Shown here piece after piece: positions 1 through 9,078 of a stretch of 64,000 nt of DNA. Where the stretch lies: assembly GCA_045128175.1 (NCBI GenBank), contig JBGVRF010000045.1, positions 3,453-67,452 of the forward strand, in the 5' to 3' direction. Within the stretch, counting starts at the first letter, position 1. Every line of letters starts with the position of its first letter. A model generated the notes under the pieces. The model was given only the letters and a program-made list of their open reading frames with translations, was not told where the DNA came from and did no database searches. Source of the DNA: Candidatus Scatosoma sp. (lineage in GTDB: Bacteria > Bacillota > Clostridia > Christensenellales > Borkfalkiaceae). A program made the position numbers and the translations under genes.

Positions 1-572
1 ATATCGTGATGGAATCGACGGACGGTGAAGCGCGTCAAGTGCAATATCGAGTCATGCGTACGGATGCGGCGATCAATCACGGCAATTCCGGTGGTGCGCT
101 GTTCAACGCGAAAGGGGAACTGATCGGCATCACCAACGCCAAGAGCGTTGAAGAAGAAGTGGACAATATGGGCTACGCTTTGCCTATCACGCAGGTCAAA
201 AATCTGATAGACAACGCTTTGGATAACGGCGGCGTGGTGAAACGCGCGATGCTGGGTATCGAAGCGCAGACCACGGCGTCGAGAACGGAGTTCGACGAAA
301 GCGGCAATCTTGTTATCATAGAGGAATTCACCGTTTCGAAAGAATCGAAGCAGGGTTCGGCGGCCTATAATAAGCTCAAGTACGGCGACGTGATCAAATC
401 GATCGAGTTGCACGGGGAAAAGATCTCGCTTACCCGTCGCTATCAGCTTAATGATCTGCTTCTTAAAGTGCGAAAAGGGGACTCGTTGGTGCTTAACGTG
501 ATCCGCGATGGCAGCGAAACGGCAGTCACTATCGTTTACGATCAGGACGCGTACTTTACCGATTATCAGTAA
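1..572 (+). CDS. trypsin-like serine protease (HtrA/DegP family), C-terminal part; 5' end lies outside the window
   Basis: The frame is open to the window edge. Catalytic-Ser motif GNSGGALFN is followed by a PDZ-like C-terminal domain. Confidence 0.8.
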   Translation, partial: IVMESTDGEARQVQYRVMRTDAAINHGNSGGALFNAKGELIGITNAKSVEEEVDNMGYALPITQVKNLIDNALDNGGVVKRAMLGIEAQTTASRTEFDESGNLVIIEEFTVSKESKQGSAAYNKLKYGDVIKSIELHGEKISLTRRYQLNDLLLKVRKGDSLVLNVIRDGSETAVTIVYDQDAYFTDYQ

Positions 573-638
573 TTCCCTTTCCGGGAGAATAAATCAGATC
601 ACCCAAAACTTCTCTTTTATGTTTTTTTGTGGAAGGAT

Positions 639-674
639 GCGTCTTGGCTTGCTAAGACGCGTCTTTTCTCTTTT
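639..674 (+). terminator. rho-independent terminator after the protease gene
   Basis: Stem GCGTCTT/AAGACGC with an 8-nt loop, followed by a T-rich run. Confidence 0.6.
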
Positions 675-688
675 ACGATCGGATACAC

Positions 689-717
689 TTGACATTTTGC
701 AGATTTCGTAGTATACT
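689..717 (+). promoter_or_regulatory. sigma-A type promoter
   Basis: TTGACA, 17-nt spacer, TATACT, upstream of the 750 CDS. Confidence 0.55.
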
Positions 718-749
718 AAAGGTAGAAGAACGGGCAAGGAGGCGTGGTT

Positions 750-1481
750 ATGCAGACAGATGAATTTATTTCGTCAATATTCCAATCAAAAGACGAGGAG
801 TTTGACAAGCTGAGGGAGGGACTTCCCTTAGGACAGGATCTTGCCGGAAACGTTACGCTTGCGAGAAAGACGCAACGTTTGTTGGCGTATCGGTTCACCT
901 GCGTAACGGGGGAAGCGCGCAGCGAATATATCCGTCGTCTCATTCTTTCGTTGGCGTGTCTGTACGACAAATATGAGGCGTGTTTTTTGGTCCTTTCTCC
1001 GCGCAGAGAATACGGGGAGCTGTTGCAGTTCAGATATATGGACGTCACCGTGCCGTACGTTCGCGAAAAGCAGGATCTGGAAAACGCCAGAAAAACACTT
1101 AAAGAATTGTTGCAGATGCGCAGTGTCGGACGCGGTTATCCGAAGCTTTTCCTCGTGCTCGACGGGCTGGAGGAGTTGCCCGATTGCAATGCGGACGGGG
1201 AGTTCGAAGAATACCGCAGCTTCTTCGATCTTATCGCCCGTCGTATGGACGTAGACGTGATCGGCGGCGTGGATCTGCAAAAGAGTATTTACAGCGGCCT
1301 GCCGGGCGTTTTTATCGGCGTAGGGAACTGTCTGGTGAACGTACGGGAGGACGGAAAGGCGGACGTCTCGTACGTAAACGATTCGGCGACGCTTTCCGAA
1401 TCTATTTCCGTCCGTATTCCCGATTCGCCCGAGATCGGGCAGACGATCGAGTATCTCAATAAATCGGGCCCGAAGGACTGA
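750..1481 (+). CDS. hypothetical protein, possibly a degenerate P-loop/FtsK-like fold
   Basis: AAGGAGG lies 7 nt upstream of the ATG at 750. There is a Walker-B-like LFLVLDGLEE but no intact Walker A. Confidence 0.6.
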   Translation: MQTDEFISSIFQSKDEEFDKLREGLPLGQDLAGNVTLARKTQRLLAYRFTCVTGEARSEYIRRLILSLACLYDKYEACFLVLSPRREYGELLQFRYMDVTVPYVREKQDLENARKTLKELLQMRSVGRGYPKLFLVLDGLEELPDCNADGEFEEYRSFFDLIARRMDVDVIGGVDLQKSIYSGLPGVFIGVGNCLVNVREDGKADVSYVNDSATLSESISVRIPDSPEIGQTIEYLNKSGPKD

Positions 1482-1484
1482 TCG

Positions 1485-2531
1485 ATGCAAAAAGATAAAA
1501 AAAATATACTTCAACGCATACCGGCCCCCCTCCTTTCGTGGTATCGAGCGAACAAACGCGAGCTGCCGTGGCGGGAGGATCCGACTCCGTATCGGGTTTG
1601 GGTCTCTGAGATCATGTTGCAACAGACCCGCGTGGAAGCGGTGAAGGAGTATTATCTCCGTTTTATGCAGGCGTTACCGACGGTGGAAGCGCTTGCCGAA
1701 TGCGAAGAAGAAAAATTGCTGAAACTTTGGGAGGGGCTGGGCTATTACAGTCGCGCCCGAAACCTGCAAAAGGCGGCGAAGCTGCTTGTCGGCGTATACG
1801 GCGGAGAGTTTCCGCATAGCATAGAAGAATTGAAAGGGTTGCCGGGAATCGGAAGTTATACGGCGGGAGCGATCGCTTCGATCGCTTTCGGGCTTCCCGT
1901 TGCGGCGGTAGATGGGAACGTTTTTCGCGTGATCTCGAGGCTCAGAGAGGACGGGACGGTCATTTCCGATCCGACTTATCGCAAACGTCTGGAAGCGGAG
2001 CTGTCCGCCGTTTATCCGCGCGAGGGAGAAATGTGTTCGCAGTTCACGCAAAGCTTGTTCGAGCTGGGCGCGCTGATCTGCAAGCCGCAGTCGCCGCAAT
2101 GCGAGATATGTCCTCTAAACGGGTCATGCGAAGCGTATAGGCACGAAACGCAGAGCCAATACCCCGTGTTGCCCGAAAAGAAGGAAAAACGCAAGGAAGA
2201 GGTGTACGTATTTTTGATACAAACGCCGCAGGGATACTGTATTCGCCGTCGCGAAGAGGGCGTTTTGCGGGGCATGAACGAGTTTCCCTCTCACGTCGTT
2301 ACAGCAGAGGAAACTCCCGAAAACGTATTAAACGAGTGGGGCATGTCTGCGTTCACGGAAAAAAATCGTAAAAAATACACGCATATTTTCACGCATATAC
2401 GTTGGGATATGACTTGTATATTGATCGAAACGGAAGTTGCGCCGTTTGACGCGTACACGCTGGAGGAAATCGTTGAAACGGTGTCGTTGCCCACTGCGTT
2501 CCGACAGTGTTTGGGTATGCTGAAAGAATGA
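1485..2531 (+). CDS. mutY: A/G-specific adenine DNA glycosylase MutY
   Basis: HhH-GPD region, 4Fe-4S loop CKPQSPQCEICPLNGSC, and a NUDIX-like C-terminal domain. Confidence 0.92.
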   Translation: MQKDKKNILQRIPAPLLSWYRANKRELPWREDPTPYRVWVSEIMLQQTRVEAVKEYYLRFMQALPTVEALAECEEEKLLKLWEGLGYYSRARNLQKAAKLLVGVYGGEFPHSIEELKGLPGIGSYTAGAIASIAFGLPVAAVDGNVFRVISRLREDGTVISDPTYRKRLEAELSAVYPREGEMCSQFTQSLFELGALICKPQSPQCEICPLNGSCEAYRHETQSQYPVLPEKKEKRKEEVYVFLIQTPQGYCIRRREEGVLRGMNEFPSHVVTAEETPENVLNEWGMSAFTEKNRKKYTHIFTHIRWDMTCILIETEVAPFDAYTLEEIVETVSLPTAFRQCLGMLKE

Positions 2532-2992
2532 AGAAGCGTATGAAAAAATATAAATTGACGTTTGAAATGGTGCCCGAGGAGTGTTGGCTAAAAAATCTTC
2601 GTAGCGAATTGAAACCCGAGGATTGGGACAGGGTACGCCGCGACGCGTACGCCCGCGCGAAAGGGCGGTGCATGATCTGTGGCAAAGCGGCAAGGCTGGA
2701 GGCGCACGAAAAATGGAGCTATGACGACGAAAACGCGTTGCAAAAGCTGGAAACGGTCGTCGCGCTTTGTCACGAGTGTCACGAAGTCAAACACATCAGC
2801 CGAGCATATCTGGTCGGTCGTGGTGCGGACGTGATGGAGCATTTCATGCTTGTCAACGGCTGTTCGCAGATGGAATATCACGAGGCGCTCGGCGAAGCAA
2901 ACGAGGAATACCGCCGTCGCAATAAGGTCGAAGGCTGGGTAACGGATATCTCTTGGCTGGAAAAGAGATTTGCTATCAAATTACGCAGATAA
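2528..2992 (+). CDS. HNH-like (CxxC...H...CxxCH) nuclease-fold protein
   Basis: Motifs CMICGK...H...CHECHEVKH. The ATG overlaps the mutY stop (ATGA). Alternative starts are 2507 and 2540. Confidence 0.55.
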   Translation: MKKRMKKYKLTFEMVPEECWLKNLRSELKPEDWDRVRRDAYARAKGRCMICGKAARLEAHEKWSYDDENALQKLETVVALCHECHEVKHISRAYLVGRGADVMEHFMLVNGCSQMEYHEALGEANEEYRRRNKVEGWVTDISWLEKRFAIKLRR

Positions 2993-3009
2993 AGAAAGGA
3001 GAAATTTAC

Positions 3010-3453
3010 ATGGCAAACTTTTGTCCGAATTGCGGCAAACAGGTAAACGCCGGCGACCGCTTTTGTACGGAATGCGGAACGAGCCTGAGCGGCGCCGCAA
3101 GCAATAATAATACTTATACGAATAACAACGGCACAGGAAACGCATCGGCTTCGGATGTAGGCGCGATCCTCGGAACCCTGGTAGCGGTCAGCCTCATCGG
3201 TGGACTCACGCGGCAACTCTACTATTATAACGGCAGATATTTTTACGATCCCTATTGCAGGCGACCGTTCATGAGTCCGCATATGATCCTTGGCAGACCT
3301 CGTCCCTGTTTTCGACCGGGGCTTATGCACAGACGGCCCGGGCACCCGATGCGTCCGCCTATGGGCCCTCACGGCGGCGGACCTCGCGGCCCAATGGGCG
3401 GCGGCCCACGTGGCGGTGGCCCTCGCGGCGGCGGTCCCGGCGGACGTAGATAA
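3010..3453 (+). CDS. zinc-ribbon membrane protein with Pro/Gly/Arg-rich tail
   Basis: Good RBS before 3010. N-terminal CPNCG...CTECG zinc ribbon, one TM segment, and a C-terminal GGGPRG x3 repeat. Confidence 0.65.
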   Translation: MANFCPNCGKQVNAGDRFCTECGTSLSGAASNNNTYTNNNGTGNASASDVGAILGTLVAVSLIGGLTRQLYYYNGRYFYDPYCRRPFMSPHMILGRPRPCFRPGLMHRRPGHPMRPPMGPHGGGPRGPMGGGPRGGGPRGGGPGGRR

Positions 3454-3498
3454 GTAGATAATATCCGAAAATAAGAAAAAATCGAAAGGAGAAAGAAA

Positions 3499-4116
3499 AT
3501 GAAAGTATTGTTGGTAAACGGAAGCGGTCACGAACACGGTTGTACGTACACGGCGCTTGCGGAGGTGGCGAAGGCGCTCAACGCCAACGGCGTGGAAACG
3601 GAGATCTATTGGATCGGAAAAAATCAGGTCGCAGGCTGTATGGGCTGTTGGGCTTGTAAAAAGACGAAAAAATGCGTCCTCGACGACGGCGTGAACGAGT
3701 TCGTGGAAAAGGCGGCGCAGTTTGACGGCTACGTATTCGGTTCGCCCGTATATTACGCTTCGGCAGCAGGCGCATTGGTCAGCTTTATGGACAGAGTGTT
3801 TTACAGCGGCGGCAAGCATCTGGCGTATAAGCCCGCGGCGGCGGTGGTCAGTTGTAGACGCGCAGGCGCAAGCACGACTTTTGACGTGATCAATAAATAT
3901 TTTACGATCAATAATATGCAGATCGTCGGCTCGAATTATTGGAACGAGATCCACGGCAACACGGCGGAGGAAGCGGCGCAGGACGAAGAAGGATTACAGA
4001 CGATGCGCGTGCTGGGCAATAATATGGCGTGGTTGCTCAAATGTATTCAAATGGGCAAGGAAGCGGGGCTCGAGCCCGTCCGCGAACGCAAGATCATGAC
4101 GAATTTCATTCGTTGA
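3499..4116 (+). CDS. flavodoxin-fold NAD(P)H-dependent FMN reductase / iron-sulfur flavoprotein-like
   Basis: N-terminal MKVLLVNGS flavodoxin-like start and a compact Cys motif CMGCWACKKTKKC (Cx2Cx2Cx5C). Confidence 0.75.
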   Translation: MKVLLVNGSGHEHGCTYTALAEVAKALNANGVETEIYWIGKNQVAGCMGCWACKKTKKCVLDDGVNEFVEKAAQFDGYVFGSPVYYASAAGALVSFMDRVFYSGGKHLAYKPAAAVVSCRRAGASTTFDVINKYFTINNMQIVGSNYWNEIHGNTAEEAAQDEEGLQTMRVLGNNMAWLLKCIQMGKEAGLEPVRERKIMTNFIR

Positions 4117-4224
4117 TCTTCGGCGTTTTAGCGCAATTTTTGAAAAAACAACATATCCTATAAATAAAGAAAACGTCAAGCGCGCGTTCGGGCGGTCCTG
4201 CCCGACGGAAGGAGGGAAACGCAA

Positions 4225-4794
4225 ATGGAAAAAAATACAGGCAGAAGACGGATAATTTCCGTTATAGGAAACCATACGATCGAAAAGGACGGGATTCGTT
4301 ACCGTCTCGCCTTTGAAATGGGTAAGGCGCTCGTCGACAACGGCTATCGCGTGCAGTCGGGCGGTTTGCATGGAGTCATGGAAGCGGTCATGGCTGGCGC
4401 CCGCGCTTCGGAACATTATCATGAGGGCGACACCATTGCGATCGTGCCTTCCTTCGATAGCGAAACCGCTAACGAATACGCGGATATTGTTATTCCCACG
4501 GGCTTGGATATGATGCGCAACGCGTTGGTCGCCAACGCATACGCCGTTATCGGTATAGGCGGCGGTGCGGGCACGTTGTGTGAATACGCTTTCGCCTGGT
4601 CGCTCGATCGGTTGATCATCGCGTTTGAGAATTCGGGCGGTTGGAGCGAGAAGCTCGCAAACGTACGTATCGCGGACGACCGTTATCCCGATATTCCCGA
4701 GGACAGAGTTTACGGCGTGAACACGGCGGAACAGGCGATTGAAGTCCTGAACGCGAATATCGATCGCTACGTCAACAGACATAAAGGAATTTGA
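4225..4794 (+). CDS. TIGR00725/LOG-like Rossmann-fold protein
   Basis: GGLHGVMEA and GIGGGAGTLCE motifs typical of the LOG/SLOG family. Confidence 0.65.
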   Translation: MEKNTGRRRIISVIGNHTIEKDGIRYRLAFEMGKALVDNGYRVQSGGLHGVMEAVMAGARASEHYHEGDTIAIVPSFDSETANEYADIVIPTGLDMMRNALVANAYAVIGIGGGAGTLCEYAFAWSLDRLIIAFENSGGWSEKLANVRIADDRYPDIPEDRVYGVNTAEQAIEVLNANIDRYVNRHKGI

Positions 4795-4798
4795 TGCA

Positions 4799-4823
4799 AA
4801 ACGCCCTGTTTTCGGGGCGTTTT
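4799..4823 (+). terminator. rho-independent terminator
   Basis: Stem AAACGCCC/GGGCGTTT followed by a T run. Confidence 0.6.
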
Positions 4824-4923
4824 CTGCAAGACGGGTAAATAATTTACAAAATTTTAACAATTTTTAAATCTTTTATAAATAGTGAAAAAGTAGAATATAT
4901 ATAAAGCAAGAGAGGAGAAGGGT

Positions 4924-5595
4924 ATGTTGAAAATTCTGGTGGCGGAAGACGATAAGGCAATGAACGGGTTGGTATGTACCTATCTTCGCGCTGAAGGGTA
5001 CGAAACCACTGCGTGCTTTGACGGCGAGGAGGCGTTGGCGGCGTTTGAGGAAGGGAGTTTCTCTATGGTCATCAGCGATATCATGATGCCGAAAATGGAC
5101 GGATTTACGCTGGCGGAAAATATCCGCATGACGGATAAAAAGATCCCCGTGCTGTTCATGTCCGCAAAGGATGATAAGCCTTCCAAACTGTTCGCGTACA
5201 AATTGGGGGTGGACGATTACGTGGAAAAGCCTTTCGATATGGACGTGTTCATGATGAAGGTCGCGGCGCTGCTGCGTCGCGCGGGTATTGAGGCGAACAA
5301 ATTGCTCACCGTCGGCGATTTTACCATGAATGCCGAGGAACATACCGCATACCTTCGCGGTGAAGAGCTGACTTTGACCGTACGGGAATTCGATCTGTTG
5401 TACAAGCTTCTTTCCTATCCCAAAAAGACTTTTACCCGCTCGGCGTTGATGTCGGAGTTTTGGGATTACGATTCGTCTGCGACTTCTCGTACGGTAGACG
5501 TATACATGGCGAAGCTGCGCGAAAAAACGGCGGCTTGCGACGGCTTCGAGATCGTGACCGTGCACGGACTCGGTTATAAGGCGGTACTCAAATGA
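4924..5595 (+). CDS. OmpR/PhoB-type response regulator
   Basis: Receiver domain (DD...D...K pattern) plus a C-terminal winged-helix domain. Confidence 0.9.
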   Translation: MLKILVAEDDKAMNGLVCTYLRAEGYETTACFDGEEALAAFEEGSFSMVISDIMMPKMDGFTLAENIRMTDKKIPVLFMSAKDDKPSKLFAYKLGVDDYVEKPFDMDVFMMKVAALLRRAGIEANKLLTVGDFTMNAEEHTAYLRGEELTLTVREFDLLYKLLSYPKKTFTRSALMSEFWDYDSSATSRTVDVYMAKLREKTAACDGFEIVTVHGLGYKAVLK

Positions 5596-6638
5596 AACGG
5601 CGGAGAGGGGATTTTACGCTGATCGGCGCCTTTCTTTTCTTTTTGTCGATTGCGACAATGGTCACCGTTTCCATGCTCATTTACGGATACGTAGACGAAA
5701 AGAGCGGCGGCGATAGAGCAATCGTCTCGCTGGTCATGCTGCTCGTTATCGTTTTTTTGTCCATTGTGACAACTCTGCTCGATCTTGTCAGACGACATAT
5801 CATGGTCGATAAACCCGTTGAAAAAATACTTTCCGCAACGGAAAAAATCACCTCGGGCGACTTCTCCGTTTACGTTGAACCCATACATGGGTACGGCAAA
5901 TACGACGAATTCGACGTCATAATGGAAAATCTTAACACGCTCGCTGCGGAACTGAGTAAAACGGAGGTGTTGAAAACGGATTTTGTTTCCAACGTCTCGC
6001 ACGAGTTAAAGACTCCGCTTGCCATCATTCGGAATTATGCGATGTTGTTGCAAAAGGACGGGCTTACGGACGAGGAGCGAAAAAAATACGCACAAGTCCT
6101 GGTGGATACGTCGGGGCGTTTGGCGGATCTGGTTGCCAATATCTTAAAGCTGAACAAATTGGAAAATCGGAAGATATTACCCGAAAAGGAGCGGATACGG
6201 CTGGACGAAAGCCTCGCGGAGGCTGTGATCGGACTGGAAGACTTGATCGATAAAAAAGGATTAGAGCTGGACTGCGATCTGGACGAAATCTCCGTTTTGT
6301 CCGTTGCCGGTTATCTCGAAATCGTATGGAACAATCTCCTCTCCAATGCCATAAAATTCACAGACGCGGGGGGCAGGGTTGCGTTGACGTTGAAAAACGT
6401 CAATGGAAATGCAGTCGTTACGGTCAGCGATTCGGGCTGTGGAATCGCCCCCGAAACAGGCAAACGGATATTCGATAAATTTTATCAGGGCGACACGTCG
6501 CATGCGAAAGAGGGAAACGGATTGGGGCTGGCGCTCGTCAAGCGCGTTATCGACGTTTTGGGCGGCGAGATCTCCGTGGAGAGCGAATTGGGCAAAGGTA
6601 GTACGTTTACCATTGTATTGAAAGGGGTCGTATCATGA
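5592..6638 (+). CDS. sensor histidine kinase
   Basis: Two N-terminal TM segments, a HAMP-like linker, H-box SHELKTPL, and N/G boxes (NLLSNAIKF, DSGCGI, GNGLGL). It overlaps the response regulator stop by 4 nt. Confidence 0.9.
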   Translation: MKRRRGDFTLIGAFLFFLSIATMVTVSMLIYGYVDEKSGGDRAIVSLVMLLVIVFLSIVTTLLDLVRRHIMVDKPVEKILSATEKITSGDFSVYVEPIHGYGKYDEFDVIMENLNTLAAELSKTEVLKTDFVSNVSHELKTPLAIIRNYAMLLQKDGLTDEERKKYAQVLVDTSGRLADLVANILKLNKLENRKILPEKERIRLDESLAEAVIGLEDLIDKKGLELDCDLDEISVLSVAGYLEIVWNNLLSNAIKFTDAGGRVALTLKNVNGNAVVTVSDSGCGIAPETGKRIFDKFYQGDTSHAKEGNGLGLALVKRVIDVLGGEISVESELGKGSTFTIVLKGVVS

Positions 6639-7594
6639 AAGAAAAGTGGAAAAAGCTTTTAAAAAAGATAAAAAATCCACCGCTTTGGGCACAACTGTTG
6701 ACGTATGGTGTGACGGTCCTCAGCGCTGTCGGCGCGTTGCTCATCCTGTTGGTGGAGTATACGGGTAACGCGTTGGAGATCGTGGCATATTCGCTTTTCG
6801 CGTTGGCGGCAGTCTCCCTTGCATACAGCGTATATCTTATCGCGCGTATGATCCCGCGGCTTAAAAAGTTGATTATTTTGTGGGCGGAAAAATACGAATT
6901 TACCCATTCCCTTTTACGCAACTTTGGGTTTCGGACGATCATTTTTTCCATTGGGTCGTTTGCGATGAGTATTGCGTTCGGCGCGTTCAACGCAGGCATG
7001 TGTATCGCATATCGCTCGATTTGGTACGGGGCATTGGCGGCGTATTACGTCTGTCTTGCTTTGTTCCGCGGCGGTGTATTGCTGTATCATAAGCGTCGGT
7101 TAGGGGAAAAGAAGGGCGAAAAAAAAGGTTCTCACGCAGAAGCGTTTTCACGGGCAAAGATCTATCGTAATTGCGGTATTGTACTTTTGCTTTTGAACAT
7201 AGCGCTGTCCTCGGCAATCGCGCAGATGATCTTTGACGATCAGGGATTTTCGTATGCGGGGTGGACGATCTTTGCCTACGCGGCGTATGCGTTTTATAAG
7301 ATCACGATGTCGGTGATCAATTTGTTCCGCGCGAAAAAGCAGCACGATCTGACGGTACAGGCGGTGCGAAACATCAATCTGACCGACGCGGCAGTATCGA
7401 TTTTGGCGTTGCAGACAGCGCTTTTGGCGTCCTTCCAAACGGATGAGGTAAATATATCGCTATTCAATACGCTCACAGGGATCGCGGTCAGCGCGGTGTC
7501 CGTTACGCTGGGGATCGTGATGATCGTAAGGGGAGTCAAGGCGATGAGAAAAGAGAGAATAACGAAAGAAGGAGAAGAGACACGTGGAGAATAA
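6635..7594 (+). CDS. polytopic membrane protein, cotranscribed with the two-component system
   Basis: ATGA overlap with the kinase stop; multiple hydrophobic segments. Confidence 0.65.
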   Translation: MKEKWKKLLKKIKNPPLWAQLLTYGVTVLSAVGALLILLVEYTGNALEIVAYSLFALAAVSLAYSVYLIARMIPRLKKLIILWAEKYEFTHSLLRNFGFRTIIFSIGSFAMSIAFGAFNAGMCIAYRSIWYGALAAYYVCLALFRGGVLLYHKRRLGEKKGEKKGSHAEAFSRAKIYRNCGIVLLLLNIALSSAIAQMIFDDQGFSYAGWTIFAYAAYAFYKITMSVINLFRAKKQHDLTVQAVRNINLTDAAVSILALQTALLASFQTDEVNISLFNTLTGIAVSAVSVTLGIVMIVRGVKAMRKERITKEGEETRGE

Positions 7595-7976
7595 ATTCGA
7601 ATATACCTATGTAGCGCCGACAGAGCGTGAACGTAAAGAGGCGGAGGCGATCCGCAAACGGTATTTGCCGGAGTCGGAAAACGTAGATAAGTTGACGAAG
7701 CTGAAAAGATTGGACGAAAAGGTGAAACGTTTTCCGATGGTTTTGTCTTTGTCGCTGGGCGTCGTCGGTACGTTGATCTTCGGACTGGGGCTGACGCTGA
7801 TCTTGGAATGGTCGATGATCGTCTGGGGGACGATGGTAGCGGTAGTGGGTATGCTCCCGCTGGCGTTGGCGTATCCTGCGTATAAACTATCGTTAACGAA
7901 TAGAAAGCGCAAATACGGCGCGGAGATCTTGAAATTATCCGAAGAGATCTTGAATGAAACCCGAACGGACGACTGA
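7584..7976 (+). CDS. small two-TM membrane protein (paralog of 13768..14124)
   Basis: GTG start with an upstream GGAG. It shares architecture and motifs with the 13768 gene (KVKR..., G-rich TM pair, KYG..IL.LS.EIL). Confidence 0.6.
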   Translation: MENKFEYTYVAPTERERKEAEAIRKRYLPESENVDKLTKLKRLDEKVKRFPMVLSLSLGVVGTLIFGLGLTLILEWSMIVWGTMVAVVGMLPLALAYPAYKLSLTNRKRKYGAEILKLSEEILNETRTDD

Positions 7977-8059
7977 TTTTTTCTGATTTTCTGTCGCTTC
8001 CGTGTAGGCTTTATAAAAAATAAGGCGGACGTATCGTTTGATATGCCCGTCTTTATTTA

Positions 8060-9061
8060 TTATTCGTTATTATCGTTGTCGTTGTTGCTGTTACCGAGGA
8101 AAATACCAAAGAAATCGTTGGATTTTTTCAGCGTCGTGCCGCCCGTGTTGCCGCCGTCCGAAGGCTTCCTGTCACGGTTGTAAGGTTTTTTATTGTAACC
8201 GCCGCTTTGTCTTCTATCACGGTTATATCCGCCGTCTCTACCGCCACGACCACCGTGGGTTCCGTCCCGTCTGCCGCCACGGTTATATCCACCGCGTCTG
8301 TCGTTACGTCCGCCGCGTCTTTCCGTTCTTGCGGGCAACGCCGGCGCTTCGGGATCTTCGAGATTGTCAGGTACGATCACGATATAACGGTTGGGTTCTT
8401 TCCCTTCGCTCTGCGTCGTTACGCCTTCTCTTTCGGATAAAGCCGCGTGAATGATCCGTCTTTCGTACGGGTTCATCGGTTCCAATTTGATCTTTTTTCC
8501 AAGACGAGTAGCTTTCTGCGCAAGATTTTCCGCCAATTTGTTCAGCGTCACTTCACGGTTTTCACGATAGTTTTCGCAATCGACCACCACACGCTTATAT
8601 TCTTCTCTGCCCGTATTCGCAACCGCGCCTGCAAGAGTCTGGATCGCGTCCAGCATCGCGCCGCGTTTACCGATGATCGCCGTCGTGTTTGCCGCCGTTA
8701 CGTTGATCTCTACCTTCTCGCCCTCGGCAACCAGCTCCGTGCAAGCGGAGATATTCAACAACTCAAACAATCCTTCAAGGAATACGACCGTTCTTTCTCC
8801 GTCCGTCATTTCGCCCTCGCAAGCTGCCGTTTCGGGCGTGTTTTCTTCCGCCTCGACGGTCGCTTCATTTGCCTGCGTTTCGTCCGAAATTTCCTCGTTT
8901 AAAGCCGCGATTTCCACGCGGGCTTTTACCGAGCCGAACAGTTTCTTCTTTCCCTCCTCGAGGACGCGGACATCCGCTTCCTCTCTCGTCAGCCCGAGTT
9001 CTTTCAAGCCTTTCTCGACGGCTTCCTCAACCGTCTTTCCCGTAAATTCTGTATATTTCAT
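8060..9061 (-). CDS. jag: Jag/KhpB RNA-binding protein (Jag_N, KH, R3H) with a C-terminal RGG-rich tail
   Basis: N-terminus MKYTEFTGKTVEEAVEKGLKELG, an R3H-like region, and position downstream of yidC. Confidence 0.88.
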   Translation of the reverse strand: MKYTEFTGKTVEEAVEKGLKELGLTREEADVRVLEEGKKKLFGSVKARVEIAALNEEISDETQANEATVEAEENTPETAACEGEMTDGERTVVFLEGLFELLNISACTELVAEGEKVEINVTAANTTAIIGKRGAMLDAIQTLAGAVANTGREEYKRVVVDCENYRENREVTLNKLAENLAQKATRLGKKIKLEPMNPYERRIIHAALSEREGVTTQSEGKEPNRYIVIVPDNLEDPEAPALPARTERRGGRNDRRGGYNRGGRRDGTHGGRGGRDGGYNRDRRQSGGYNKKPYNRDRKPSDGGNTGGTTLKKSNDFFGIFLGNSNNDNDNNE

Positions 9062-9078
9062 GTTTTATAACTCCTTAC

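Noticed and set aside
2878-3954. 358-aa minus-strand ORF overlapping the zinc-ribbon and flavoprotein genes.
   Set aside because: It is antisense to two plus-strand genes that have RBSs and clear motifs. Its composition is dominated by Arg, Ala and His.
8038-8454. Cys/Arg-rich 138-aa plus-strand ORF and other ORFs antisense to the jag tail.
   Set aside because: They are generated by the repetitive RGG-coding DNA of jag on the opposite strand. They have no RBS and a nonsensical composition.
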